Below are positions 1-15,400 of a stretch of 64,000 bases of DNA, piece by piece; position 1 is the first letter of the stretch, and each line of letters starts with the position of its first letter. The stretch is from Eledone cirrhosa (taxonomy: Eukaryota), in contig OZ024743.1 of the NCBI GenBank assembly GCA_964016885.1, forward strand, positions 131,440,001 to 131,504,000, in the 5' to 3' direction. Under the pieces are notes generated by a model that saw only the letters and a program-made list of their open reading frames with translations, had not been told where the DNA came from and ran no database searches. The position numbers and the translations under genes were made by a program.

Positions 1-99
1 AAACACCAAGCACCAAACACCAAGCACCAAACACCAAGCACCAAACACCAAGCACCAAACACCAAGCACCAAGCACCAAGCACCAAACACCAAGCACCA

Positions 100-2390
100 A
101 GCACCAAACACCAACCAGCAAACACCAAACACCAAACACCAAACAGCAAACACCAAACACCAAACACCAAATAGCAAACGCCAAAAAGCAAACGCCAAAC
201 CCCAAATGCCAAACAGCAAACACCAAGCACCAAACACCAAACACCAAGCGCCAAGCACCAAACACCAAACACCAAGCTCCAAGCACCAAACACCAAACAC
301 CAAGCACCAAGCACCAAAGAGCAAACACCAAGCCCCAAGCACCAAACACCCAACACCAAACACCAAACATCAAACACCAATCACGAATCACCAAACAGCA
401 AACAGCAAACACCAAACACCAAACACCAAACACCAAGCACCAAGCACCAAACACCAAACACCAAGCACCAAGCACCAAGCACCAAGCACCAAACACCAAG
501 CACCAAGCACCAAGCACCAAACACCAAGCACCAAACACCAAGCACCAGTCACGAAGCACCAAGCACCAAATACCAAGCACCAAAAACCAAGCACCAAGCT
601 CCAAGGACCAAACACCAAGCACCAAACACCAAACACCAAGCACCAAGCATGAAGCACCAAGCACCAAGCGCCAAACACCAAAAACCAAGCACCAAGCACC
701 AAATACCAAGCACCAAGCACCAAGCACCAAGCACCAAACACCAAACACCAAACACCAAACAGCAAACAGCAAACTCCAAACACCAAACACCAAACAGCAA
801 ACACCATCACCAAACAGCAAACACCAAACAGCAAACAGCAAACACCAAACACCAACCAGCAAACACCAAGCACCAAACACCAAGCACCAAGCAACAAGCA
901 CCAATCAACAAGCACCAAGCACTAAACACCAAACCCCAAGCACCAAGCACCTTGGACCAAACAACAAGCATCAAGCACCAAGCACCAAACGCCAAGCACC
1001 AAGCACCAAACACCAAGCACCAAGCACCATGCACCAAACACCAAGCACCAAAGACCAAGCACCAAATACCAAGCACCAAGCACCAAACACCAATCACCAA
1101 GCACCAAGCACCAAACACCAAGAACCCAGCACCAATCACTAAACACCAAACACCAAGCACCAAGCACCAAATCCCAAGCACCAAACACCAAGCACCAAGC
1201 ACCAAACACCAAACACCAAGCACCAAGCACCATGCACCAATCACCAAACACCAAGCACCAAGCACCAAACACCAAACACCAAGCACCAAGCACCAAACAC
1301 CAAACACCAAGCACCTAGCACCAAGCACCAAGCACCAAGCACCAAACACCAAGCAGCAAGCACCAAGCCCCAAACACCAAGCACCAAACACCAAGCACCA
1401 GACACGAAGCACCAAGCACCAAATACCAAGCACCAAAAACCAAGCACCAAGCTCCAAGGACCAAACACCAAGCACCAAACACCAAACACCAAGCACCAAG
1501 CATGAAACACCAAGCACCAAGCGCCAAACACCAAACACCAAGCACCAAGCACCAAATACCAAGCACCAAGCACCAAGCACCAAGCACCAAACACCAAACA
1601 CCAAACACCAAACACCAAACAGCAAACAGCAAACTCCAAACACCAAACACCAAACAGCAAACACCAAACACCAAACAGCAAACACCAAACAGCAAACACC
1701 AAACACCAAACACCAACCAGCAAACACCAAACACCAAACACCAAACAGCAAACGCCAAACATCAAACGCCAGACACCAAACGCCAAACAGCAAACGCCAA
1801 ACACCAAACGCCAAACAGCAAGCACCAAGCACCAAACACCAAACACCAGGCACCAAGCACCAAACACCAAACACCAAGCACCAAGCACCAAACACCAAAC
1901 ACCAAGCACCAAGCACTAAACACCAAACACCAAGCACCAAGCACCAAGCACCAAATACCAAGCACCAAACACCAAGCACCAAACACCAAGCACCAAGCAC
2001 CAAGAACCAAGCACCAAACACCAAGCACCAAGCACCAAACACCAACCAGCAAACACCAAACACCAAACACCAAACAGCAAACACCAAACACCAAACACCA
2101 AATAGCAAACGCCAAAAAGCAAACGCCAAGCCCCAAACGCCAAACAGCAAACGCCAAGCACCAAACACCAAACACCAAGCGCCAAGCACCAAACACCAAA
2201 CACCAAGCACCAAGCACCAAACACCAAACACCAAGCACCAAGCACCAAAGAGCAAACACCAAGCCCCAAGCACCAAACACCCAACACCAAACACCAAACA
2301 TCAAACACCAATCACGAATCACCAAACAGCAAACAGCAAACACCAAACACCAAACACCAAACACCAAGCACCAAGCACCAAACACCAAAC
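100..2390 (+). repeat. Short dispersed block duplications (offsets 1931 and 853 bp)
   Basis: TCACGAATCA lies at 381 and 2312 with matching flanks (about 100-460 vs 2030-2390). The CTCCAAGGACCAAA...CATGAA block lies at about 600 and 1453. Confidence 0.8.
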
Positions 2391-3559
2391 ACCAAGCACC
2401 AAGCACCAAACACCAAACACCAAGCACCAAGCACTAAACACCAAACACCAAGCAGCAAGCACCAAGCACCAAACACCAAGCACCAAGCACCAGGCACCAA
2501 ACACCAAGCACCAAGCACCAGACACCAAAAACCAAGCACCAAACAACAAGCACCAAACACCAAGCACCAAGCACCAAAACACCAAAAACCAAGCACCAAG
2601 CACTAAACACCAAGCACCAAGCACCAAGCATCAAGCACCAAGCACCAAGCACCAAGCACCAAACACCAAGCACCAAGCAGCAGGCACCAAGCACCAAACA
2701 CCAAGCATCAAGCACCAAACACCAAACACCAAGTACCAAGCACCAAACACCAAACACCAAGGACCAGACAGCAAACACCAAACAGCAAACACCAAACACC
2801 AAACACCAACCAGCAAACACCAAACACCAAACACCAAACCACAAACACCAAACAGCAAACACCAAACAGCAAAGACCAAACACCAAACACCAAACAGCAA
2901 ACGCCAAAAAGCAAACGCCAAACCACAAACGCCAAACAGCAAATGCCAAACCCCAAATGCCAAACAGCAAACGCCAAGCACCAAACACCAAACACCTAGC
3001 ACCAAGCACCAAACCCCAAACACCAAACACCAAGTACAAAACACCAACCACCAAGCACCAAACACCAAACAGCAAACGCCAAAAAGCAAATGCCAAACCC
3101 CATACGCCAAACAGGAAATGCCAAACCCCAAACGCCAAACAGCAAACGCCAAGCACCAAACACCAAACACCAAGTGTCAAGCACCAAACACCAAACACCA
3201 AGCACCAAGCACCAAACACCAAACAACAAGCAGCAATCACCAAACACCAAGCACCAAGCGCCAAACACCAAACACCAAACTCCTAGCACCAAGCACCAAG
3301 CACCAAACACCAAGCACCAAACACCAAGCACCAAGCACAAAGCACCAAGCACCAAACACCAATCACCAAGCCCCAAGCACCTAACACCAAACACCAAGCA
3401 CCAAGCACCAAGCACCAAGCACCAGACACCAAACACCAAGCACGAAGAACCAAACACCAAAAACCAATCACCAAGCCCCAAGTACCAAACACCAAGCACC
3501 AAACACCAAACAGCAAACACTAAACAACAAACTCCAAACAGCAAACACCAAACACCAAA

Positions 3560-6500
3560 TATCAAACACCAAACAGCAAACACCAAACAGCAAACAGCAA
3601 ACACCAAACACCAACCAGCAAACACCAAACAGCAAACACCAAACAGCAGACGCCAAACAGCAAACACAAACACCAAACACCAAACACCAAGCACCAAGCA
3701 CCAAGCACAAAACACCAAGCACCAAGCGCCAAACACCAGACACCAAGCACCAAGCACCAAGCACCAAGCACCAAACACCAAACACCAAACACCAAACAGC
3801 AAACACCAATCACCAAACACCAAACACGAAACACCAAACAGCAAACACCAAACACCAAACACCAAACACCAAACAGCAAACACCAAACACCAAACACCAA
3901 ACAGCAAACACCAAACAGCAAACACCAAACAGCAAACACCAAACAGCAAACAGCAAACAGCAAACAGCAAACAGCAAACAGCAAACACCAAACACCAAGC
4001 ACCAAACACCAAGCACCAAGCAACAAGTGCCAATCAGCAAGCACCAAGCACTAAACACCAAACACCAAGCACCAAGCACCATGCACCAAACACCAAGCAT
4101 GAAGCACCAAGCACCAAACGCCAAGCACCAAGCACCAAACACCAAGCACCAAGCACCAAGCACCAGACACCAAGCACCAAAGACCAAGCACCAAATACCA
4201 AGCACCAAGCCCTAAACACCAATCACCAAGCCCCAAGCACCAAACACCAAGAACCAAGCACCAAAACACCAAAAACCAAGCACCAAGCACTAAACACCAA
4301 GCACCAAGCACCAAGCATCAAGCACCAAGCACCAAGCACCAAGCACCAAACACGAAGCACCAAGCACCAGGCACCAAACAGCAAACACCAAGCACCAAAC
4401 ACCAAGCACCAAGCACCAAACACCAAACACCAAGCACCAAGCACCAAACACCAAACACCAAGCACCAAACAGCAAACACCAAACAGCAAACACCAAACAC
4501 CAAACACCAACCAGCAAACACCAAACACCAAACACCAAACCACAAACACCAAACAGCAAACACCAAACAGCAAACACCAAACACCAATCACCAAGCCCCA
4601 AGCACCAAACACCAAGCACCAAGCACCAAGCACCCAGAACCAAGCACCAAGCACCAAAGACCAAACACCAAGCACCAAGCACCAAACACCAAACACCTAG
4701 CACCAAGCACCAAGCACCAAGCACCAAACACCATGCACCAAGCACGAAGCACCAAACACCAAGAACCAAGCACCAAAACACCAAAAACCAAGAACCAAGC
4801 ACCAAAGCACCAAACACCAAGCACCAAGCACCAAACACCAAACACCAAGCACCAAACAGCAAGCATCAAGCACCAAGCACCAAGCACCAAGCACCAAACA
4901 CCAATCATCAAGCACCAAACAGCAAACACCAAGCACCAAACACCAAACACCAAGCACCAAGCACCAAACACCAAACACCAAGCACCAAGCACCAAACACC
5001 AAACACCAAGCACCAAACAGCAAACACCAAACAGCAAACACCAAACACCAAACACCAACCAGCAAACACCAAACACCAAACACCAAACCACAAACACCAA
5101 ACAGCAAACACCAAACAGCAAACACCAAACACCAATCACCAAGCCCCAAGCACCAAACACCAAGCACCAAGCACCAAGCACCCAGAACCAAGCACCAAGC
5201 ACCAAAGACCAAACACCAAGCACCAAGCACCAAACACCAAACACCAAGCACCAAGCACCAAGCACCAAACACCATGCACCAAGCACGAAGCACCAAACAC
5301 CAAGAACCAAGCACCAAAACACCAAAAACCAAGAACCAAGCACCAAAACACCAAAAACCAAGCACCAAGCACTAAACACCAAGCACCAAGCACCAAGCAT
5401 CAAGCACCAAGCACCAAGCACCAAGCACCAAACACCAATCATCAAGCACCAAACAGCAAACACCAAGCACCAAACACCAAACACCAAGCACCAAGCACCA
5501 AACACCAAACACCAAACACCAAACAGCAAACACCAAACAGCAAACACCAAACACCAAACACCAACCAGCAAACACGAAACACCAAACCACAAACACCAAA
5601 CAGCAAACACCAAACAGCAAACACCAAACACCAATCACCAAGCCCCAAGCACCAAACACCAAGCACCAAGCACCAAGCACCCAGAACCAAGCACCAAGCA
5701 CCAAAGACCAAACACCAAGCACCAAGCACCAAACACCAAACACCAAGCACCAAGCACCAAGCACCAAGCACCAAACACCATGCACCAAGCACGAAGCACC
5801 AAACACCAAAAACCAATCACCAAGCACCAAAGAGCAAACACCAAGCCCCAAGCACCAAACACCAAACACCAAACACCAAACAGCAAACACTAAACACCAA
5901 ACACCAAACAGCAAACACCAAACACCAAATATCAAACACCAAACAGCAAACACCAAACAGCAAACAGCAAACACCAAACACCAACCAGCAAACACCAAAC
6001 AGCAAACACCAAACAGCAAATGCCAAACAGCCAACACAAACACCAAACACCAAACACCAAGCACCAAGCACCAAGCACAAAACACCAAGCTCCAAGCGCC
6101 AAACACCAAACACCAAGCACCAAGCACCAAGCACCAAGCACCAAACACCAAACACCAAACACCAAACAGCAAACACCAATCACCAAACACCAAACACGAA
6201 ACACCAAACAGCAAACACCAAACACCAAACACCAAACACCAAACAGCAAACACCAAACACCAAACACCAAACAGCAAACACCAAACAGCAAACACCAAAC
6301 AGCAAACACCAAACAGCAAACACCAAACAGCAAACAGCAAAAAGCAAACAGCAAACACCAAACACCAAGCACCAAACACCAAGCACCAAGCAACAAGCGC
6401 CAATCAGCAAGCACCAAGCACTAAACACCAAACACCAAGCACCAAGCACCATGCACCAAACACCAAGCATGAAGCACCAAGCACCAAGCACCAAGCACCA

Positions 6501-8223
6501 GACACCAAGCACCAAAGACCAAGCACCAAATACCAAGCACCAAGCCCTAAACACCAATCACCAAGCCCCAAGCACCAAACACCAAGAACCAAGCACCAAA
6601 ACACCAAAAACCAAGCACCAAGCACTAAACACCAAGCACCAAGCACCAAGCATCAAGCACCAAGCACCAAGCACCAAGCACCAAACACGAAGCACCAAGC
6701 ACCAGGCACCAAACAGCAAACACCAAGCACCAAACACCAAGCACCAAGCACCAAACACCAAACACCAAGCACCAAGCACCAAACACCAAACACCAAGCAC
6801 CAAACAGCAAACACCAAACAGCAAACACCAAACACCAAACACCAACCAGCAAACACCAAACACCAAACACCAAACCACAAACACCAAACAGCAAACACCA
6901 AACAGCAAACACCAAACACCAATCACCAAGCCCCAAGCACCAAACACCAAGCACCAAGCACCAAGCACCCAGAACCAAGCACCAAGCACCAAAGACCAAA
7001 CACCAAGCACCAAGCACCAAACACCAAACACCTAGCACCAAGCACCAAGCACCAAGCACCAAACACCATGCACCAAGCACGAAGCACCAAACACCAAGAA
7101 CCAAGCACCAAAACACCAAAAACCAAGAACCAAGCACCAAAACACCAAACACCAAGCACCAAGCACCAAACACCAAACACCAAGCACCAAACAGCAAGCA
7201 TCAAGCACCAAGCACCAAGCACCAAGCACCAAACACCAATCATCAAGCACCAAACAGCAAACACCAAGCACCAAACACCAAACACCAAGCACCAAGCACC
7301 AAACACCAAACACCAAGCACCAAGCACCAAACACCAAACACCAAGCACCAAACAGCAAACACCAAACAGCAAACACCAAACACCAAACACCAACCAGCAA
7401 ACACCAAACACCAAACACCAAACCACAAACACCAAACAGCAAACACCAAACAGCAAACACCAAACACCAATCACCAAGCCCCAAGCACCAAACACCAAGC
7501 ACCAAGCACCAAGCACCCAGAACCAAGCACCAAGCACCAAAGACCAAACACCAAGCACCAAGCACCAAACACCAAACACCAAGCACCAAGCACCAAGCAC
7601 CAAACACCATGCACCAAGCACGAAGCACCAAACACCAAGAACCAAGCACCAAAACACCAAAAACCAAGAACCAAGCACCAAAACACCAAAAACCAAGCAC
7701 CAAGCACTAAACACCAAGCACCAAACACCAATCATCAAGCACCAAACAGCAAACACCAAGCACCAAACACCAAACACCAAGCACCAAGCACCAAACACCA
7801 AACACCAAACACCAAACAGCAAACACCAAACAGCAAACAACAAACACCAAACACCAACCAGCAAACACGAAACACCAAACCACAAACACCAAACAGCAAA
7901 CACCAAACAGCAAACACCAAACACCAATCACCAAGCCCCAAGCACCAAACACCAAGCACCAAGCACCAAGCACCCAGAACCAAGCACCAAGCACCAAAGA
8001 CCAAACACCAAGCACCAAGCACCAAACACCAAACACCAAGCACCAAGCACCAAGCACCAAGCACCAAACACCATGCACCAAGCACGAAGCACCAAACCCC
8101 AAAAACCAATCACCAAGCACCAAAGAGCAAACACCAAGCCCCAAGCACCAAACACCAAACACCAAACACCAAACAGCAAACACTAAACACCAAACACCAA
8201 ACAGCAAACACCAAACACCAAAT
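3560..8223 (+). repeat. Tandem higher-order duplication, two copies of about 2.3 kb
   Basis: TATCAAA occurs at 3560, 5930 and 8223. Matching ORF pairs sit at offset 2335 (4223..4696 vs 6558..7031; 4733 vs 7068). Copy 2 lacks 42 bp (386 vs 372 aa ORF). Confidence 0.9.
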
Positions 8224-11039
8224 ATCAAACACCAAACAGCAAACACCAAACAGCAAACAGCAAACACCAAACACCAACCAGCAAACACCAAACAGCAAAC
8301 ATCAAACAGCAAACGCCAAACAGCAAACACAAACACCAAACACCAAACACCAAGCACCAAGCACCAAGCACAAAACACCAAGCACCAAGCGCCAAACACC
8401 AAACACCAAGCACCAAGCACCAAGCACCAAGCACCAAACACCAAGCACCAAGCAACAAGCACCAATCAGCAAGCAGCAAGCACTAAACACCAAACACCAA
8501 GCACCAAGCACCATGCACCAAACACCAAGCATGAAGCACCAAGCACCAAACGCCAAGCACCAAGCAACAAACACCAAGCACCAAGCACCAAGCACCAAGC
8601 ACCAAACACCAAGCACCAAAGACCAAGCACCAAATACCAAGCACCAAGCACCAAACACCAATCACCAAGTCCCAAGCACCAAACACCAAGAATTAAGCAC
8701 CAATCACTAAACACCAAACACCAAGCACCAAGCACCAAACTCCAAACACCAAACACCAAGCACCAAGCACCAAATCCCAAGCACCAAACACCAAGCACCA
8801 AGCACCAAACACCAAACACCAAGCACCAAGCACCAGACACCAAGCACCAAGCACCAAGCACCAAGCACCAAAAACCAAGCACCAAGCTCCAAGCACCAAA
8901 CACCAAGCACCAAACACCAAACACCAAGCACCAAGCACCAAACACCAAGCACCAAGCGCCAAACACCAAACACCAAGAAGAAAGTACCAAACACCAACCA
9001 CCAACCACCAAGCACAAAACACCAAGCACCAAGCACCAATCACCAAACACCAAGCACCAAGCACCAAACACCAAACACCAAGCACCAAGCACCAAACACC
9101 AAACACCAAGCCCCAAGCACCAAACACCAAATACCAAGCACCAAGCACCAAGCACCAAGCACCAAACACCAAGCACCAAGCACCAAGCACCAAACACCAA
9201 GCACCAAACACCAAACACCAAGCACCAAGCACGAAACACCAAGCACCAAGCGCCAAACACCAAACACCAAGCACCAAGCACCAAATACCAAGCACCAAGC
9301 ACAAAGAACCAAGCACCAAACACCAAACAGCAAACAGCAAACACCAAACACCAAACACCAAACAGCAAACAGCAAACACCAAACCGCAAACACCAAACAG
9401 CAAACACCAAACACCAAACACCAACCAGCAAACACCAAACACCAAACACCAAACAGCAAACGCCAAACATCAAACGCAAAACACCAAACGCCAAACAGCA
9501 AACGCCAAACACCAAACGCCAAACAGCAAGCACCAAGCACTAAACACCAAACACCAAGCACCAAACACCAAACACCAAGCACTAAGCACCAAACACCAAA
9601 CACCAAGCACCAAGCACCAAACACCAAACACCAAGCACCAAGCACCAAGCACCAAACACCAAGCACCAAGCACCAAGCACCAAACACCAAGCACCAAGCA
9701 CCAAACACGAAGCACCAAACACCAAGCACCAAGCACCAAGCACCAAACACCAAGCACCAAACAGCAAGCACCAAACACCAAGCACCAAGCACCAAAACAC
9801 CAAAAACCAAGCACCAAGCACTAAACACCAAGCACCAAGCACCAAGCATCAAACACCAAGCACCAAGCACCAAGCACCAAACACCAAGCACCAAGCACCA
9901 GGCACCAAGCCCCAAACACCAAGCATCAAGCACCAAACAGCAAACACCAAGCACCAAACACCAAGCATCAAGCACCAAGCACCAAGCACCAAGCACCAAA
10001 CACCAAGCACCAAGCACCAGGCACCAAACACCAAACACCAAGCACCAAGCACCAAACACCAAACACCAAGCACCAAGCACCAAACACCAAACCACAAACA
10101 CCAAACAGCAAACACCAAACAGCAAACAGCAAACACCAAACACCAAACAGCAAACGCCAAAAAGCCAATGCCAAACCCCATACGCCAAACAGCAAATGCC
10201 AAACCCCAAACGCCAAACAGCAAACGCCAAGCACCAAACACCAAACACCAAGCGCCAAGCACCAAACACCAAACACCAAGCACCAATCACCAAATACCAA
10301 GCACCAAGCGCCAAACACCAAACACCAAACTCCTAGCACCAAGCACTAAGCACCAAACACCAAGCACCAAACACCAAGCACCAAGCACCAAGCACCAAGC
10401 ACCAAACACCAATCACCAAGCCCCACGCACCAAACACCAAGCACCAAGCACCAAGCACCCAGAACCAAGCACCAAGCAACAAACACCAAACACCAAGCAC
10501 CAAGCACCAAACACCAAACACCAAGCACCAAGCAGCAAGCACCAAGCACCAAACACCATACACCAAGCACGAAGCACCAAACACCAAAAACCAATCACCA
10601 AGCACCAAAGAGCAAACACCAAGCCCCAAGTACCAAACACCAAACACCAAACACCAAACAGCAAACACTAGATACCAAACTCCAAACAGCAAACACCAAA
10701 CACCAAATATCAAACACCAAGCAGCAAACACCAAACAGCAAACACCAAACAGCAAACACCAAACAGCAAACAGAAAACACCAAACACCAACCAGCAAACA
10801 CCAAGCACCAAACACCAAACAGCAAACGCCAAAAAGCAAATGCCAAACCCCATACGCCAAACAGCAAATGCCAAATCCCAAACGCCAAACAGCAAACGCC
10901 AAGCGCCAAACACCAAACACCAAGCGCCAAGCACCAAACACCAAACACCAAGCACCAAGCACCAAACACCAAACACCAAGCACCAATCACCAAACACCAA
11001 GCACCAAACACCAAGCACCAAGCACCAGGCACCAAACAC

Positions 11040-14000
11040 CAAGCACCAAGCACCAGACACCAAAAACCAAGCACCAAACAACAAGCACCAAACACCAAAC
11101 ACCAAGCACCAAACACCAAGCACCAAACACCAAGCACCAAGCACCAAAACACCAAAAACCAAGCACCAAGCACTAAACACCAAGCACCAAGCACCAAGCA
11201 TCAAGCACCAAGCACCAAGCACCAAGCACCAAACACCAAGCACCAAGCAGCAGGCACCAAGCACCAAACACCAAGCATCAAGCACCAAACAGCAAACATC
11301 AAGCACCAAACACCAAACACCAAGTACCAAGCACCAAACACCAAACACCAAGGACCAAACAGCAAACACCAAACAGCAAACACCAAACACCAAACACCAA
11401 CCAGCAAACACCAAACACCAAACACCAAACCACAAACACCAAACAGCAAACACCAAACAGCAAAGACCAAACACCAAACACCAAACAGCAAACGCCAAAA
11501 AGCAAACGCCAAACCCCAAACGCCAAACAGCAAATGCCAAACCCCAAATGCCAAACAGCAAACGCCAAGCACCAAACACCAAACACCTATCACCAAGCAC
11601 CAAACCCCAAACACCAAACACCAAGTACAAAACACCAACCACCAAGCACCAAACACCAAACAGCAAACGCCAAAAAGCAAATGCCAAACCCCATACGCCA
11701 AACAGGAAATGCCAAACCCCAAACGCCAAACAGCAAACGCCAAGCACCAAACACCAAACACCAAGTGCCAAGCACCAAACACCAAACACCAAGCACCAAG
11801 CACCAAACACCAAACACCAAGCAGCAATCACCAAACACCAAGCACCAAGCGCCAAACACCAAACACCAAACTCCTAGCACCAAGCACCAAGCACCAAACA
11901 CCAAGCACCAAACACGAAGCACCAAGCACAAAGCACCAAGCACCAAACACCAATCACCAAGCCCCAAGCACCAAACACCAAACACCAAGCACCAAGCACC
12001 AAGCACCAAGCACCAGACACCAAACACCAAGCACGAAGCACCAAACACCAAAAACCAATCACCAAGCCCGAAGTACCAAACACCAAGCACCAAACACCAA
12101 ACAGCAAACACTAAACAACAAACTCCAAACAGCAAACACCAAACACCAAATATCAAACACCAAACAGCAAAAACCAAACAGCAAACAGCAAACACCAAAC
12201 ACCAACCAGCAAACACCAAACAGCAAACACCAAACAGCAAACGCCAAACAGCAAACACAAACACCAAACACCAAACACCAAGCACCAAGCACCAAGCACA
12301 AAACACCAAGCACCAAGCGCCAAACACCAAACACCAAGCACCAAGCACCAAGCACCAAGCACCAAACACCAAACACCAAACACCAAACAGCAAACACCAA
12401 TCACCAAACACCAAACACGAAACACCAAACAGCAAACACCAAACACCAAACACCAAACACCAACCAGCAAACACCAAACACCAAACACCAAACAGCAAAC
12501 ACCAAACAGCAAACACCAAACAGCAAACACCAAACAGCAAACACCAAACAGCAAACAGCAAACAGCAAACAGCAAACACCAAACACCAAGCACCAAACAC
12601 CAAGCACCAAGCAACAAGCGCCAATCAGCAAGCACCAAGCACTAAACACCAAACACCAAGCACCAAGCACCATGCACCAAACACCAAGCATGAAGCACCA
12701 AGCACCAAACGCCAAGCACCAAGCACCAAACACCAAGCACCAAGCACCAAGCACCAGACACCAAGCACCAAAGACCAAGCACCAAATACCAAGCACCAAG
12801 CCCTAAACACCAATCACCAAGCCCCAAGCACCAAACACCAAGAACCAAGCACCAAAACACCAAAAACCAAGCACCAAGCACTAAACACCAAGCACCAAGC
12901 ACCAAGCATCAAGCACCAAGCACCAAGCACCAAGCACCAAACACGAAGCACCAAGCACCAGGCACCAAACAGCAAACACCAAGCACCAAACACCAAGCAC
13001 CAAGCACCAAACACCAAACACCAAGCACCAAGCACCAAACACCAAACACCAAGCACCAAACAGCAAACACCAAACAGCAAACACCAAACACCAAACACCA
13101 ACCAGCAAACACCAAACACCAAACACCAAACCACAAACACCAAACAGCAAACACCAAACAGCAAACACCAAACACCAATCACCAAGCCCCAAGCACCAAA
13201 CACCAAGCACCAAGCACCAAGCACCCAGAACCAAGCACCAAGCACCAAAGACCAAACACCAAGCACCAAGCACCAAACACCAAACACCTAGCACCAAGCA
13301 CCAAGCACCAAGCACCAAACACCATGCACCAAGCACGAAGCACCAAACACCAAGAACCAAGCACCAAAACACCAAAAACCAAGAACCAAGCACCAAAACA
13401 CCAAACACCAAGCACCAAGCACCAAACACCAAACACCAAGCACCAAACAGCAAGCATCAAGCACCAAGCACCAAGCACCAAGCACCAAACACCAATCATC
13501 AAGCACCAAACAGCAAACACCAAGCACCAAACACCAAACACCAAGCACCAAGCACCAAACACCAAACACCAAGCACCAAGCACCAAACACCAAACACCAA
13601 GCACCAAACAGCAAACACCAAACAGCAAACACCAAACACCAAACACCAACCAGCAAACACCAAACACCAAACACCAAACCACAAACACCAAACAGCAAAC
13701 ACCAAACAGCAAACACCAAACACCAATCACCAAGCCCCAAGCACCAAACACCAAGCACCAAGCACCAAGCACCCAGAACCAAGCACCAAGCACCAAAGAC
13801 CAAACACCAAGCACCAAGCACCAAACACCAAACACCAAGCACCAAGCACCAAGCACCAAACACCATGCACCAAGCACGAAGCACCAAACACCAAGAACCA
13901 AGCACCAAAACACCAAAAACCAAGAACCAAGCACCAAAACACCAAAAACCAAGCACCAAGCACTAAACACCAAGCACCAAGCACCAAGCATCAAGCACCA

Positions 14001-15400
14001 AGCACCAAGCACCAAGCACCAAACACCAATCATCAAGCACCAAACAGCAAACACCAAGCACCAAACACCAAACACCAAGCACCAAGCACCAAACACCAAA
14101 CACCAAACACCAAACAGCAAACACCAAACAGCAAACACCAAACACCAAACACCAACCAGCAAACACGAAACACCAAACCACAAACACCAAACAGCAAACA
14201 CCAAACAGCAAACACCAAACACCAATCACCAAGCCCCAAGCACCAAACACCAAGCACCAAGCACCAAGCACCCAGAACCAAGCACCAAGCACCAAAGACC
14301 AAACACCAAGCACCAAGCACCAAACACCAAACACCAAGCACCAAGCACCAAGCACCAAGCACCAAACACCATGCACCAAGCACGAAGCACCAAACACCAA
14401 AAACCAATCACCAAGCACCAAAGAGCAAACACCAAGCCCCAAGCACCAAACACCAAACACCAAACACCAAACAGCAAACACTAAACACCAAACACCAAAC
14501 AGCAAACACCAAACACCAAATATCAAACACCAAACAGCAAACACCAAACAGCAAACAGCAAACACCAAACACCAACCAGCAAACACCAAACAGCAAACAT
14601 CAAACAGCAAACGCCAAACAGCAAACACAAACACCAAACACCAAACACCAAGCACCAAGCACCAAGCACAAAACACCAAGCACCAAGCGCCAAACACCAA
14701 ACACCAAGCACCAAGCACCAAGCACCAAGCACCAAACACCAAACAGCAAACACCAAACAGCAAACAGCAAACAGCAAACACCAAACACCAAACACCAAGC
14801 ACCAAACACCAAGCACCAAGCAACAAGCACCAATCAGCAAGCAGCAAGCACTAAACACCAAACACCAAGCACCAAGCACCATGCACCAAACACCAAGCAT
14901 GAAGCACCAAGCACCAAACGCCAAGCACCAAGCAACAAACACCAAGCACCAAGCACCAAGCATCAAGCACCAAACACCAAGCACCAAAGACCAAGCACCA
15001 AATACCAAGCACCAAGCACCAAACACCAATCACCAAGCCCCAAGCACCAAACACCAAGAATTAAGCACCAATCACTAAACACCAAACACCAAGCACCAAG
15101 CACCAAACTCCAAACACCAAACACCAAGCACCAAGCACCAAATCCCAAGCACCAAACACCAAGCACCAAGCACCAAACACCAAACACCAAGCACCAAGCA
15201 CCAGACACCAAGCACCAAGCACCAAGCACCAAGCACCAAACACCAAACACCAAGCACCAAGCACCAAACACCAAGCACCAAGCGCCAAACACCAAACACC
15301 AAGAAGAAAGTACCAAACACCAACCACCAACCACCAAGCACAAAACACCAAGCACCAAGCACCAATCACCAAACACCAAGCACCAAGCACCAAACACCAA
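11040..15400 (+). repeat. Second copy of the block at about 2450-9050 (offset 8591, then about 6300-6370)
   Basis: ORF pairs 2708/11299, 3283/11874, 4051/12642, 4733/13324 and 5635/14226 all have offset 8591. After that, 8110/14408 have offset 6298 and 8513/14881 have offset 6368. Confidence 0.9.

Noticed and set aside
649-3384. 911-aa + strand ORF and similar ones (23951..26515, 11534..13291) as mucin-like or repeat proteins
   Set aside because: They consist only of the translated heptamer, with the same peptide in all three frames. There is no unique domain or signal peptide, and starts and stops come from sporadic variant units.
4210-12807. Canonical plant-type telomere or interstitial telomeric tract
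   Set aside because: There are only three isolated CCCTAAA units, all copies of one variant, and no tandem run.
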